From NCBI GenBank assembly GCA_028276365.1, contig JAPYWL010000006.1, positions 1 through 55,355 on the forward strand: a DNA stretch of 55,355 bases, written 5' to 3'. A model generated the notes under the pieces. The model had not been told where the DNA came from. It made no database searches and worked only from the letters and a program-made list of their open reading frames with translations. Shown here piece after piece: positions 38,340-48,008 of the stretch (position 1 is the first letter of the stretch; the number at the start of each line of letters is the position of its first letter). Source of the stretch: Deltaproteobacteria bacterium. GTDB taxonomy: Bacteria > DRYD01. Position numbers and translations under genes: made by a program.

Positions 38340-39017
38340 ATGATTACGAAAAAAGATTGGGGATCTAGAAATAATTTTTTTGCTCGTATTATAAACCTTA
38401 TTTTTGTTTTACTTATTATTTTTGTTTTTGTTTTATTTAATAAAAATCAGAATAATTCTAATTTTGAAAAAAATAGTAATTATTTAGATACTTATATTAA
38501 TTTTATTAAGGAAAATAATTTAAAAGAAATTGATCCTAAGATTATAAAACAGAAATTAAAGTATTTTGAAAAAGTTAGGTTCTATAAAGTTATAGATGGT
38601 GATACTATTAAAGTTATAAATTTAAATGATAATAAAGAATATAAAGTGAGATTAATAGGAGTAGATACTCCTGAAAGTAGTTATAATGAAAAACTAAAAA
38701 GAGATATTAAAAGAACTCATAAAGATGAGAATACTATTATTTCTTTAGGACTAAAGGCTAAAGAATATACTGATCAAATACTAAAAGATCAAGAATATTT
38801 ATATTTAGAATATGATGTTTCAAAGTATGATAGATATAATAGGATTTTAGCTTACGTTTATTTAGAAAGTGGGTATATGTTGAATTTAATTTTGGTTTTA
38901 AATGGTTATGCTAAGGTATATACAATTCCTCCTAATGTTAAGCATTCTGAAATATTTTTAAAAGCTCAAAGCTTTTCTAGAACCAAAAATTTTGGTTTAT
39001 ATAAGTATGGATTTTAA
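38340..39017 (+). CDS. Thermonuclease (SNase-like), membrane-anchored or secreted
   Basis: VIDGDT, VRLIGVDTPE, DRYNRILAYVY, LVLNGYA; N-terminal TM segment. Confidence 0.93.
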   Translation: MITKKDWGSRNNFFARIINLIFVLLIIFVFVLFNKNQNNSNFEKNSNYLDTYINFIKENNLKEIDPKIIKQKLKYFEKVRFYKVIDGDTIKVINLNDNKEYKVRLIGVDTPESSYNEKLKRDIKRTHKDENTIISLGLKAKEYTDQILKDQEYLYLEYDVSKYDRYNRILAYVYLESGYMLNLILVLNGYAKVYTIPPNVKHSEIFLKAQSFSRTKNFGLYKYGF

Positions 39018-39062
39018 TGAATTCATTTAAGAAGATGTAAAAAAAGGGGTGTGATTTAGTTT

Positions 39063-41162
39063 ATGAAGAGATATGTTTTAAAGATGGATGATAAGGAATT
39101 GGAGTTTGAGATAAATAAAGTGGCAAAGCAAGCTGCTAGTAGTGTAGTGGTAAAAAGTGGAACTTGTTGGGTTTTATGTGCGGTAACTTTTAATGAAAAG
39201 CCGAGAAATGATATTGACTTTACTCCATTAACAGTTGATTATATTGAGAGGATGTATGCTATTGGTAAGATCCCTGGGGGATTTATAAAAAAGGAAGGGA
39301 AACCTACTGATAATGAAATACTTAAAGCTCGACTAATTGATAGAACTATTAGACCTTTGATAGATCCTAATTTTTTTAATGATATTAATATTTATATTAA
39401 TGTATTTTCAGCTGATGTTAGGGAACGTCCCGAAATTTTAGGGCTTTTAGGTACTTCTTTAGCTTTATTAATTAGTCCTATACCTTTTTATAAACCTGTA
39501 TCTGCTTATTATATAACCAATGAGAATTTAGATTTGGTTGTTGCTTCTATTAGTGATAAGATAACCATGATAGAAGCTAAAGCTAATGAAATTAAAGATG
39601 ATTTAATGTTTGAATTTATCAATCAAATTTTTGAGAAAAATAAAATAATTAATGATTTTCAATATCAAATTTATGAGGAATTGAAGCCTGAAAAAATTCA
39701 AACTTCTTCTATTGAAATCCCTTCTTTATTAAATGATTTATATGAAAAATATTTTAAGGATTTAACTATAAAGTTATTAAATGAAAAGGATAAAAAACAA
39801 AGAAATCGATTAATCAATGAAATTAGTTTAGAAAATTTAATTAATTTGGTTTATTCTAATGAAGTAGAAGAAATAAAGAATCAGTTTAATGAATTTATTA
39901 GTAATAATAAGATAAATGAATTTATTTTTAGTATAGTCAAGAAGGGATTTTTAAAGAAGTATTTAAAGAGACAGGTTTTAGAACAAAAAACGAGAATAGA
40001 TGGTAGAGCTTTTAATGAGATAAGACCTATTGAAATAGAGGTAGGGATATTACCCTATCCTCATGGTAGTGCATTATTTACACGTGGACAGACACAAGTG
40101 CTATCTGTTGTTACATTAGGTACTAAAACTGATCAGCAAATGATAGAAGGATTATTATTAGAAGATGAATTTAAGAGATATATGCATCATTATTATTTTC
40201 CACCATTTTCTACTGGTGAAGCTAAGCCTTTGAGAGCTCCAAGTAGGAGAGAAATAGGGCATGGGAATCTAGCTGAAAAAGCTTTAGAGTATTTGATTCC
40301 GCCTGAAAACGAATTCCCTTATACTATAAGAGTAGTTTCAGAAGTTTTAGAATCTAATGGATCTACTTCGATGGCTTCTGTTTGTGGTAGTAGCTTAGCT
40401 TTGATGGATGCTGGGGTGCCTATTAAAAAACACGCTGCAGGTATATCCATAGGTTTGATTACTAATGAAAATAATATAAAAGACTATGTTTTATTAACTG
40501 ATATTCAGGGCTTTGAGGATTTCTTTGGGGAAATGGATTTTAAAGTAGCTGGAACTTATGATGGGATTACTGCTATTCAAATGGATACTAAATTAGAAGG
40601 CCTAACTTTAGATATTGTTTATAATTCTTTAAAGCAGGCTAAAGATGGTAGGAATTTTATTTTAGATAAAATGTATAGCGTTATAAGTAAACCTAATGAT
40701 TTAGCTGCTAATGCTCCTAGGGTAACTGTTTTGCAAATAGAGTCATCTAAAATACCCGATATAATAGGTCCTCAAGGAAAAATTATTAAAAAAATCATAG
40801 AACAAAATAAAGTTAAAATAGATATAGAAGAAGATGGTAGAGTTTTAATTTACTCATCTAATGAAGAGGATGCTATTAAAACTAAATCTATAATAGAAGC
40901 TATTACCAATATAAAGGAAGGTAATGTTTATTTGGGAAAAATCGTTAGATTGGAATCTTATGGAGCTTTTGTTGAAGTAGCACCTGGTAAAATAGGATTG
41001 CTTCATGTTTCTGAATTGGGCTTAGGATTTGTTAGTGATGCTAGATCTGTTTTAAAACTTGGAGATGAAATTGTTGTTAAAATATTAAAAATAGATGAAA
41101 CAGGTAGATTTACTCTAACAAGAAAGGGATTAATTGATTCTAATATTAATTCCCTAAAATAA
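39063..41162 (+). CDS. pnp: Polyribonucleotide nucleotidyltransferase
   Basis: PLTVDY, RREIGHG, ESNGSTSMASVCG, MDFKVAGT, KH and S1 domains. Confidence 0.97.
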   Translation: MKRYVLKMDDKELEFEINKVAKQAASSVVVKSGTCWVLCAVTFNEKPRNDIDFTPLTVDYIERMYAIGKIPGGFIKKEGKPTDNEILKARLIDRTIRPLIDPNFFNDINIYINVFSADVRERPEILGLLGTSLALLISPIPFYKPVSAYYITNENLDLVVASISDKITMIEAKANEIKDDLMFEFINQIFEKNKIINDFQYQIYEELKPEKIQTSSIEIPSLLNDLYEKYFKDLTIKLLNEKDKKQRNRLINEISLENLINLVYSNEVEEIKNQFNEFISNNKINEFIFSIVKKGFLKKYLKRQVLEQKTRIDGRAFNEIRPIEIEVGILPYPHGSALFTRGQTQVLSVVTLGTKTDQQMIEGLLLEDEFKRYMHHYYFPPFSTGEAKPLRAPSRREIGHGNLAEKALEYLIPPENEFPYTIRVVSEVLESNGSTSMASVCGSSLALMDAGVPIKKHAAGISIGLITNENNIKDYVLLTDIQGFEDFFGEMDFKVAGTYDGITAIQMDTKLEGLTLDIVYNSLKQAKDGRNFILDKMYSVISKPNDLAANAPRVTVLQIESSKIPDIIGPQGKIIKKIIEQNKVKIDIEEDGRVLIYSSNEEDAIKTKSIIEAITNIKEGNVYLGKIVRLESYGAFVEVAPGKIGLLHVSELGLGFVSDARSVLKLGDEIVVKILKIDETGRFTLTRKGLIDSNINSLK

Positions 41163-41194
41163 TCTATTCTATTAAAAAAGGAGTAGAATTTATA

Positions 41195-42592
41195 ATGTTA
41201 AAAAATAAAGTAAATTTATTTTATTTTTGGGGTTTTATCTTTTATTTTATTTTTAGTATTTTGGTAATTCTTGGTAAGGAATCTAAAATAGATTTATTTA
41301 ATAGGTACGTACAAAATAAGGATTATGTTAAAGCACAGGAGGTAATAAATGATATCAAAAAAACATCAGAATTAGATGCTTTAATAGCTCAAATGATTTT
41401 ATACGCTTATAAAGATAATAATTTAGATAATTCTAAAAAAGTTTTAAAGATATTAAAACAAAGATTTGTAGATAATCTATCTAATCAAAATCAAAAGAAT
41501 CTCAATTTTTCTAAGATTTTATATAATTGGGCATACATTTTGTATAATGTTAAAAAAGATATTTATCAAAGTGAAATTAATGTTAATGAAGCTTTAAAGT
41601 ATAATTCCAATAATATTGATGCTATTATTTTATTAGCAAAGATAAATTATGATAAAAATAATCTTGATAATTCAGAGAATTTATTAGCTAACGCTTATGA
41701 ATTAGCTTTAGCTAAGAATTATTTAGATATAGTTAATTTAGTTTCTATTTACACTGATATACTTTTAGAAAATAAGAGATATGCTAAAGCTAAAAATATT
41801 TTAGAAAATTATTATCAAAGAGATAATAAATTATTATTAAAGTATGCTAAGGTTTTAACATATTTAGATGAGTTAGTTCAAGCAAATGAGATTATAAAAC
41901 AATATTTAAAGAAAGATAATAATAATTTAGAGGCTTATTATATTTTAGGGTTAACTTATAAAAGGAGTTACATAAAGGTTCCTCAAGCTTTGGAATTTAT
42001 TGATTCTATAAATCCTACAAAGGATGACAGATATTATATTAAGTTAGCTCAATTTTATGAAGGGATAAATAATGTGGATATGGCTACAAATTACTATGAT
42101 AAAGCTTTATCTATTAATAAAGAAAATAAAAAATATTATATTTTAGCTATAACTTATGCTATAGATGCTGGTAAAGCTAATAGGGCTATAAACTGGGCTT
42201 ATGAGCTATATTCTAAATATCCAACTGATTTTTATAGTGTATATTTATTAGCAGTTTGTTATGATGAAGCTAAATTGTTTGACAAAGCTAAAGAATTTTA
42301 TTATAAAGCTATGGATATTAATCCTGGGACTTATGAACCTTATGTAAGGTTAAGTAGGATATTTTTAGAAGAAGAAACTGATTTTGATAATTCTTCAAAA
42401 ATTTTGATCCAGGGGTATTATAATGTTCAGGATTTATATTATAAAAATAGGTTTAAAAAATCTATTAAAGATTTATTGGATTTAGAAAAAGAGTTTAAGA
42501 AAAAGTATAAGGAAAAAACTGGACTAGATATTTCTAAACCTATTAAACAAGATACCTTAAAGCAAATAGAGAAAATAATTTATTCTAATTAG
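41195..42592 (+). CDS. Exported or membrane-anchored TPR protein
   Basis: N-terminal hydrophobic segment; AYYILG, YYDKALSIN, YYKAMDINP TPR motifs. Confidence 0.8.
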   Translation: MLKNKVNLFYFWGFIFYFIFSILVILGKESKIDLFNRYVQNKDYVKAQEVINDIKKTSELDALIAQMILYAYKDNNLDNSKKVLKILKQRFVDNLSNQNQKNLNFSKILYNWAYILYNVKKDIYQSEINVNEALKYNSNNIDAIILLAKINYDKNNLDNSENLLANAYELALAKNYLDIVNLVSIYTDILLENKRYAKAKNILENYYQRDNKLLLKYAKVLTYLDELVQANEIIKQYLKKDNNNLEAYYILGLTYKRSYIKVPQALEFIDSINPTKDDRYYIKLAQFYEGINNVDMATNYYDKALSINKENKKYYILAITYAIDAGKANRAINWAYELYSKYPTDFYSVYLLAVCYDEAKLFDKAKEFYYKAMDINPGTYEPYVRLSRIFLEEETDFDNSSKILIQGYYNVQDLYYKNRFKKSIKDLLDLEKEFKKKYKEKTGLDISKPIKQDTLKQIEKIIYSN

Positions 42593-43072
42593 ATATTATA
42601 AATTAAAAAATAGATAATTTTATTTAAATGCACTGAAAATTAATTAATCTCTTTGCATATAAGCTATCTAGGCTTTATTATTTTTTTGATAAAACAAAAT
42701 CTGCTTGATAGTAAAGACCATATATCTTTTCATTTACTACAATGTGTATAATAAATCATTGTCAGAAATTTTAAGATTAGATAACTAAAGAAAATGAAAA
42801 GTAATTTACTTTACCATATGTCCAAAAATTTGATTATTTATTTGAGTATGCTATTTATTATTTTTTTAAATATCTATCCATATTTTGAACCATTTTTAGA
42901 GAACTTAATATACATGTTGAGTAATGATTAATCCTTAGTTGTTTTGAAATTAATATATTATTAGAAATTTTAGTAAAGATAACATGAATTAGAGTTTTAA
43001 AAATTTTATATAAATAATTGGTAATAAGAGAATGTTATGTATGTTTGTGGTTGAGGGGAATGTGAAAAGAGG

Positions 43073-43807
43073 TTATTTTTTACTAAAGAAGTGATATAAG
43101 AAGATGGCAGCTGCATTGGTTAAATTTAAACTCTCTACATTTAATATTTCAATACTTACAGTTTTTAAATTATTTATATTTTTTATTATTTCTTTTGGAA
43201 CTCCAGTTTCTCCACCTAATATTACTAAACTTTTAGGTAATATAAAATCATAATTTAGTTTATGTAATTTGTATTCTCCATTTTTATCTAATAAAATTAT
43301 ATTGTATTTTTTTAAGACAAAGTGATTAATTATTTTAGTGATACTATGGAATCTATGGATTTTGATTTTAGAGTTTCTTGAAGTTTGGATAACTATTTCA
43401 TTAACGGGACAAGCATTTTCAGTAGGGATTAATATACCAGCTATATCAAAGGCATAACATACTCTCATTAAAGCTCCTAAATTCCTTGGATCTTTTATCT
43501 TATAACCTAAAACTATTATTGGCAATCTCACTTTATTAATATTTTCTTCTATTTCATTTAAACTACTATAAATAAAATCAAAGTATTCTAAAACTATTAA
43601 CTGATGATCTAAGAAATTAAATTTTTTTTTTAAAGAATTAGAGTTTAGTATATGAACGGGAATATTGTTTTGTTTTAAATTATGAATTATATCTTTTATA
43701 TAACTTTGATTTTTAATGGAATCCGATATATAGACTTTTGTTACTTTTTTTAGATTATTTTTATCTTGTAAGAATTCTTTTATAAGTTTCTTATTGTAAA
43801 GATACAT
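43073..43807 (-). CDS. TrmH/SpoU family RNA methyltransferase (RlmB-like)
   Basis: DPRNLGALMR, ILGGETGV, VESLNLTNAAAI. Confidence 0.88.
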   Translation of the reverse strand: MYLYNKKLIKEFLQDKNNLKKVTKVYISDSIKNQSYIKDIIHNLKQNNIPVHILNSNSLKKKFNFLDHQLIVLEYFDFIYSSLNEIEENINKVRLPIIVLGYKIKDPRNLGALMRVCYAFDIAGILIPTENACPVNEIVIQTSRNSKIKIHRFHSITKIINHFVLKKYNIILLDKNGEYKLHKLNYDFILPKSLVILGGETGVPKEIIKNINNLKTVSIEILNVESLNLTNAAAIFLYHFFSKK

Positions 43808-43844
43808 ATTTATCCTATTTACTTTAGAAGTTTTAGTTAATAAT

Positions 43845-44606
43845 TTATTTTTTAATAAACTTTTGATAAAGTTCTACAATAGATGATTCTTTAAAATATC
43901 CTACACTAAATAGGAAAAATATTAATAAAAAAGTCAAGGATGTAAAAACAATATAGGGGAGTAATTTTAAATATTTGTTATTTAAATCACTAACTTGGAA
44001 GTATATTAAATCTGTAATAAGTTTTATTATCTTATAAAAATAGAAGAATATAGATATTGGTAGCAAATAGATTAAGTAGGGTAAGAATATATATAGCGAA
44101 GTAAGATAAAATATGAATACCAAAAAATTAAATAGTAAAATGAATTTAATAAAATCAGATTTTGAAGAATTTCTGTTATTAAATAAGTTATCATATTGTT
44201 CATAAAGTGCTTTATTTATAGATAATTCAAAATATTTAAAGATTAATCCTAAGTGTGAAGCCATAAATAATCCTGTAAAGTATCTAATGTAGTTTGTTGT
44301 TTCTCTTAGTTTTGAATAACTCGTTATTCCATCTATCCCAAATAAAAATAAATAAAACAAAAATAAAAATATTATTATTTTAATATGATTGGAAATTAAG
44401 TTATTTATATAGTTTTTGTCTTTGTAAAGTAATTTAGAAAGTAGAAATATAATAGTAAAACTTAACAAGAATCCGATATAAGTACCTGTATCTCTTGAAC
44501 AAACGAAAAATTGATAACCTCCTATTGAGCAAAATGATCTTTCACTGATTTGATGGCATAAGCCGCTAAATATAAAAAATAAAAAATCGTATATTTTTTC
44601 TACCAT
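43845..44606 (-). CDS. DUF2085-like membrane protein
   Basis: CHQISERSF...VCSRDTGTYIG, IDGITSY, RYFTG; multiple TM segments. Confidence 0.82.
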   Translation of the reverse strand: MVEKIYDFLFFIFSGLCHQISERSFCSIGGYQFFVCSRDTGTYIGFLLSFTIIFLLSKLLYKDKNYINNLISNHIKIIIFLFLFYLFLFGIDGITSYSKLRETTNYIRYFTGLFMASHLGLIFKYFELSINKALYEQYDNLFNNRNSSKSDFIKFILLFNFLVFIFYLTSLYIFLPYLIYLLPISIFFYFYKIIKLITDLIYFQVSDLNNKYLKLLPYIVFTSLTFLLIFFLFSVGYFKESSIVELYQKFIKK

Positions 44607-44848
44607 AAGATTTTATTTATTTTTATTTTAACTCAAAATTTGCTTTATTTTTTATGTTTTATTTTTTATATTTCGTTTGAGAAAAATATATTAGGATAGT
44701 CTTTAAGGTTATAATTTGATGTCATGGGTTCTCTATATTCTTTAGCAGTTCCTATATACTTTAGATTTAGTTTTTATTTATTCTTAGTTATTCCCCCTTT
44801 TAAGTATATTTAAGCTTTTATGATGTTTTAATTTTAACTTTAACTTTT

Positions 44849-46090
44849 TTATTTATTTATTATTTCTTCTAATTTGTTAAGAATCTTTTTTAATTTGATT
44901 TCTAATTTTTCTTTATTTTTAGGATTTTTATTGTTTGGATCAATTTTTAGTTCTTTATAGTACATTTCATAAATTTTTAAGATATTGGAAAAATCGATAG
45001 TGTTTATTTGATTTTGTTGGGAATTTTCATCATAACTAATTAATTTTTTTTCTTCTTTTGTATATTTTTCTAATTTTATAACATTATCAAAATTAAGTAA
45101 ATTCTGAATATCAAAAGAATTTAAGACATCACTAATTCTTATTTTTATATAACTATCTTTGTTATTTTCTATTTGGTTTATTAAATTGTTCATATTTTCA
45201 TTTATTTCAAGTGTAATTAATTTTTTATGATTTTTAAGTTCTATAAACTCTGATTTTATTAAATTATTTTCTATTGTATTTAGTATTATTCCATGTTTAT
45301 AATCTTCTCCAAAATCTAAGGGTAAAATAGAACCACTATAATAAATATTTTGAATTTTTTGGTATTTATGTATATGGCCTAAAGCAATATAATGAAAATC
45401 AAAGCTTATATCGTTAATTAGTACTTTATATATGTCATTAGTATATAATGGAGATTCACTATTACCTAGATTAGCACTATCTAGCATAATATGCATTACT
45501 AAAATTTTTATTGTATTTTGATTTAAATCTAAATCCTGTAATATTTTGCTTAATAAAATATTATGTAATTTTGAGTATGAATATTCTTTTTCTATTTGAA
45601 AAATCTGATGAAATTTAAGGCCTAACCTATACTCTATAAATGGAATTAATATTATTAAAATCTCTGTATTGTTTAGCTTGAATTTAAAATAGGGTAATTT
45701 AGAATTGTTATTAAAGTAATCTTCCAAATCTGAAAATGTGTAAATAATTATTTTTTTAGCACTAAATTTGTTTAGTAATTTATTATAAGCGTTTAGGTTT
45801 TTAAGTTTTAGGTCGCTATCATGATTACCAGAAATTATAAAAATATAATCAACTAATTCATAAGTGTTAATTAGGAAATTAATAAAGAGTTCTTCAGCTT
45901 CTAAAGAGGGAAGCTTATTATGAAATATATCTCCACTTATTATAACAAATTTAGATTTACTTTGTTTTATAATATACTCAATTTCTTCAAATGTTTGATA
46001 AAATTCATTATATCTATCTATATCTCCTTTTATTGATTTGATTTTTTTTCCTAAATGTAAATCACTTAAATGAATAAAATTTAGACTCAT
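44849..46090 (-). CDS. sbcD: SbcD/Mre11 family exonuclease subunit
   Basis: HLSDLHLGK, SGDIFH, SGNHDS, YIALGHIHK, YSGS. Confidence 0.92.
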   Translation of the reverse strand: MSLNFIHLSDLHLGKKIKSIKGDIDRYNEFYQTFEEIEYIIKQSKSKFVIISGDIFHNKLPSLEAEELFINFLINTYELVDYIFIISGNHDSDLKLKNLNAYNKLLNKFSAKKIIIYTFSDLEDYFNNNSKLPYFKFKLNNTEILIILIPFIEYRLGLKFHQIFQIEKEYSYSKLHNILLSKILQDLDLNQNTIKILVMHIMLDSANLGNSESPLYTNDIYKVLINDISFDFHYIALGHIHKYQKIQNIYYSGSILPLDFGEDYKHGIILNTIENNLIKSEFIELKNHKKLITLEINENMNNLINQIENNKDSYIKIRISDVLNSFDIQNLLNFDNVIKLEKYTKEEKKLISYDENSQQNQINTIDFSNILKIYEMYYKELKIDPNNKNPKNKEKLEIKLKKILNKLEEIINK

Positions 46091-46122
46091 TTTTTATTAA
46101 TAAGTGAGAAATAAAAATTTTA

Positions 46123-46686
46123 TTAGATGCTATTATATCCCATAGTAGCTGCGTTAACTCTTTCTTCAGTGGATGGATGAGATCTTAGGTAAGGGTGTGT
46201 AAAATCCATTGAAGAATTAAATCTTATTAATAGATCTAAAAAAGGTTGTAAAGGTAGGTTAGCCATTTTTAGAGCTCTACCTGCGTAATAATCTGCTTCT
46301 AATTCTTTTTGTTGGTTATATACGTTAGTAGCAAAAACATTATTACCTGACATCCATTGATACATAAATACTTGGGGAATATGGTTTAATACTTCATGAG
46401 CCCATTCATGTGCTAATACCCCAAAAATAGCTTCATAACTTTCATTTTCTATAAACGATGGATCTATGAATACTATTTTTTGGCCTGTAGCCATTGCACC
46501 TAAGTTAGTTGGATATATTTGAACTGTTATATATGTCCCATATAGATAATTTAACTTATTTGCTATATCATTTAATTGATCATTTGTTACTTTTGAATAA
46601 ATGTAATTTTTTGATATTAAAAAGAATAATAAAAATACTATAAAAAACCTGTAAAAAAATGAAAGAATAAATTTAATTTTGCTCAT
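46123..46686 (-). CDS. M48 family metalloprotease, exported
   Basis: GVLAHEWAH, ELEADYYA, SHPSTEER; N-terminal hydrophobic segment. Confidence 0.88.
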   Translation of the reverse strand: MSKIKFILSFFYRFFIVFLLFFLISKNYIYSKVTNDQLNDIANKLNYLYGTYITVQIYPTNLGAMATGQKIVFIDPSFIENESYEAIFGVLAHEWAHEVLNHIPQVFMYQWMSGNNVFATNVYNQQKELEADYYAGRALKMANLPLQPFLDLLIRFNSSMDFTHPYLRSHPSTEERVNAATMGYNSI

Positions 46687-46758
46687 TTTTATCTTTTTTA
46701 TTCTTAAATTTTTATTAATATTAAATTTAATTTATTTTTCTTTTTGAATTTTAGTTTA

Positions 46759-46792
46759 AAAAATAAAGGGGGAAAAAATCCCCCCTTTTTTT
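46759..46792 (-). terminator. Rho-independent terminator of the 99-aa gene
   Basis: Minus strand GGGGGA-TTTTT-TCCCCC followed by TTTATTTTTT, about 30 nt after the stop. Confidence 0.8.
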
Positions 46793-46819
46793 GAATCTTC
46801 TTTGTTAGTTTATAGGTTA

Positions 46820-47119
46820 TTATCCACCGCCGCCTGCTAATGCTTTTGTCCATTGGTTAGCTATTTGGGATTGAGTTTTATAAGCATCTAACCTTGTTTC
46901 TTCATGCATTTTTCTAATAGCTCTATTAGTATCTAATACCATTTTCATCATTTCTTGTTGATGTTTCTTTTCTGCTAATTGTTCAGATAACATTAGATTT
47001 TCCAATTCTCTTCTATTTTCGTTATCTATAGCCCAGGCGCGTGCTTGGTTTATAATAGGTTGCCATTGTTGTTGTCTTAGGAATGGAAGCCATTCAGTGA
47101 AGTCTCCTATACCAAACAT
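46820..47119 (-). CDS. Small helical Q/M-rich hypothetical protein
   Basis: SD AAGGAGGTG, own terminator, higher GC than its flanks, no Cys. Confidence 0.88.
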   Translation of the reverse strand: MFGIGDFTEWLPFLRQQQWQPIINQARAWAIDNENRRELENLMLSEQLAEKKHQQEMMKMVLDTNRAIRKMHEETRLDAYKTQSQIANQWTKALAGGGG

Positions 47120-47205
47120 TTTGTTACACCTCCTTAAAACTTTTTTTCTTTTTTCAATATTATTATATTCATTTTTTTTGAAACTAAATAGTAAATTAGA
47201 TTTTT

Positions 47206-47222
47206 TTTACAATTTTTTAACA
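47206..47222. promoter_or_regulatory. Direct-repeat motif (minus strand TGTTAA-N5-TGTAAA)
   Basis: 86 bp upstream of the ATG at 47119; same orientation and similar distance as at 18785 and 23529. Confidence 0.55.
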
Positions 47223-47297
47223 AACTTTGTTTTTTATAATTTTACTAAAAGATTTTTAAATGGACTTCTATTAATAAATTTTAATTGGTATTTTGGA

Positions 47298-47323
47298 AGG
47301 TTTTAATTTATATTAATAAGAAT
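47298..47323 (+). promoter_or_regulatory. Putative SigH-type promoter for pncA (AGGT-N18-GAAT)
   Basis: GAAGGTTTTAATTTATATTAATAAGAAT just upstream of the SD. Confidence 0.4.
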
Positions 47324-47346
47324 ACTAAAAGGGGGTGATGGATTTT

Positions 47347-47940
47347 ATGGAAGGAATTTTAACTAAAAGTAGTGCATTAATAGTAGTGGATATGCAAAAC
47401 GATTTTATAAATGGAAGTTTAGCTGTTCCTAATGCTGATACCATTATACCAGTTATAAATGACTATGTAAAATTATTTGAAAAAAATGGATTAATGGTAG
47501 TATTTACAAGGGATTGGCATCCTGAAAACCATTGCTCTTTTAAAGAAAATGGGGGGATTTGGCCTAAACATTGTGTTCAAAATACATATGGTGCTGAGTT
47601 CCATAAAGACCTTTATATGCCAAGCAATAAGTATATCATATCTAAGGCTTTTTTACCTGATTTAGAAGCATACTCAGGATTTGAAAAAACTGAGCTAAAT
47701 GATTTATTAAAAAAGAATAATATAGATACTTTATTTATTTGTGGGGTAGCTACTGATTATTGTGTTAAGCAAACTGTTTTATCTGCTTTAGAATTAGGTT
47801 ATAAAACTTATTTGCTTGTAGATGCAATTAAAGGGGTTGATCTAAATAATTTTGATAGTGAAAAAGCTATAAATGAAATGATATCTAAGGGTGCTAAAGC
47901 AATTGTTTTTGATGAATTAATTAATAAAGCCAAAATTTAA
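47347..47940 (+). CDS. pncA: Nicotinamidase/pyrazinamidase
   Basis: VVDMQNDF, DWHP, WPKHCVQ, YSGF, GVATDYCV; start may be 47338 or 47347. Confidence 0.95.
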   Translation: MEGILTKSSALIVVDMQNDFINGSLAVPNADTIIPVINDYVKLFEKNGLMVVFTRDWHPENHCSFKENGGIWPKHCVQNTYGAEFHKDLYMPSNKYIISKAFLPDLEAYSGFEKTELNDLLKKNNIDTLFICGVATDYCVKQTVLSALELGYKTYLLVDAIKGVDLNNFDSEKAINEMISKGAKAIVFDELINKAKI

Positions 47941-48008
47941 AAAATAATTCTACTTTTATATTTTTCTTATTTTTTTAATGAAAATAAGGGAGGAGGGGAG
48001 TTATTTTT

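Noticed and set aside
42593-43072. 480-bp gap as a possible ncRNA or gene
   Set aside because: Only short stop-interrupted frames and no convincing stable structure; likewise 28681-29143
47097-47306. 69-aa F/L-rich ORF
   Set aside because: Spans the T-rich divergent promoter region; no RBS
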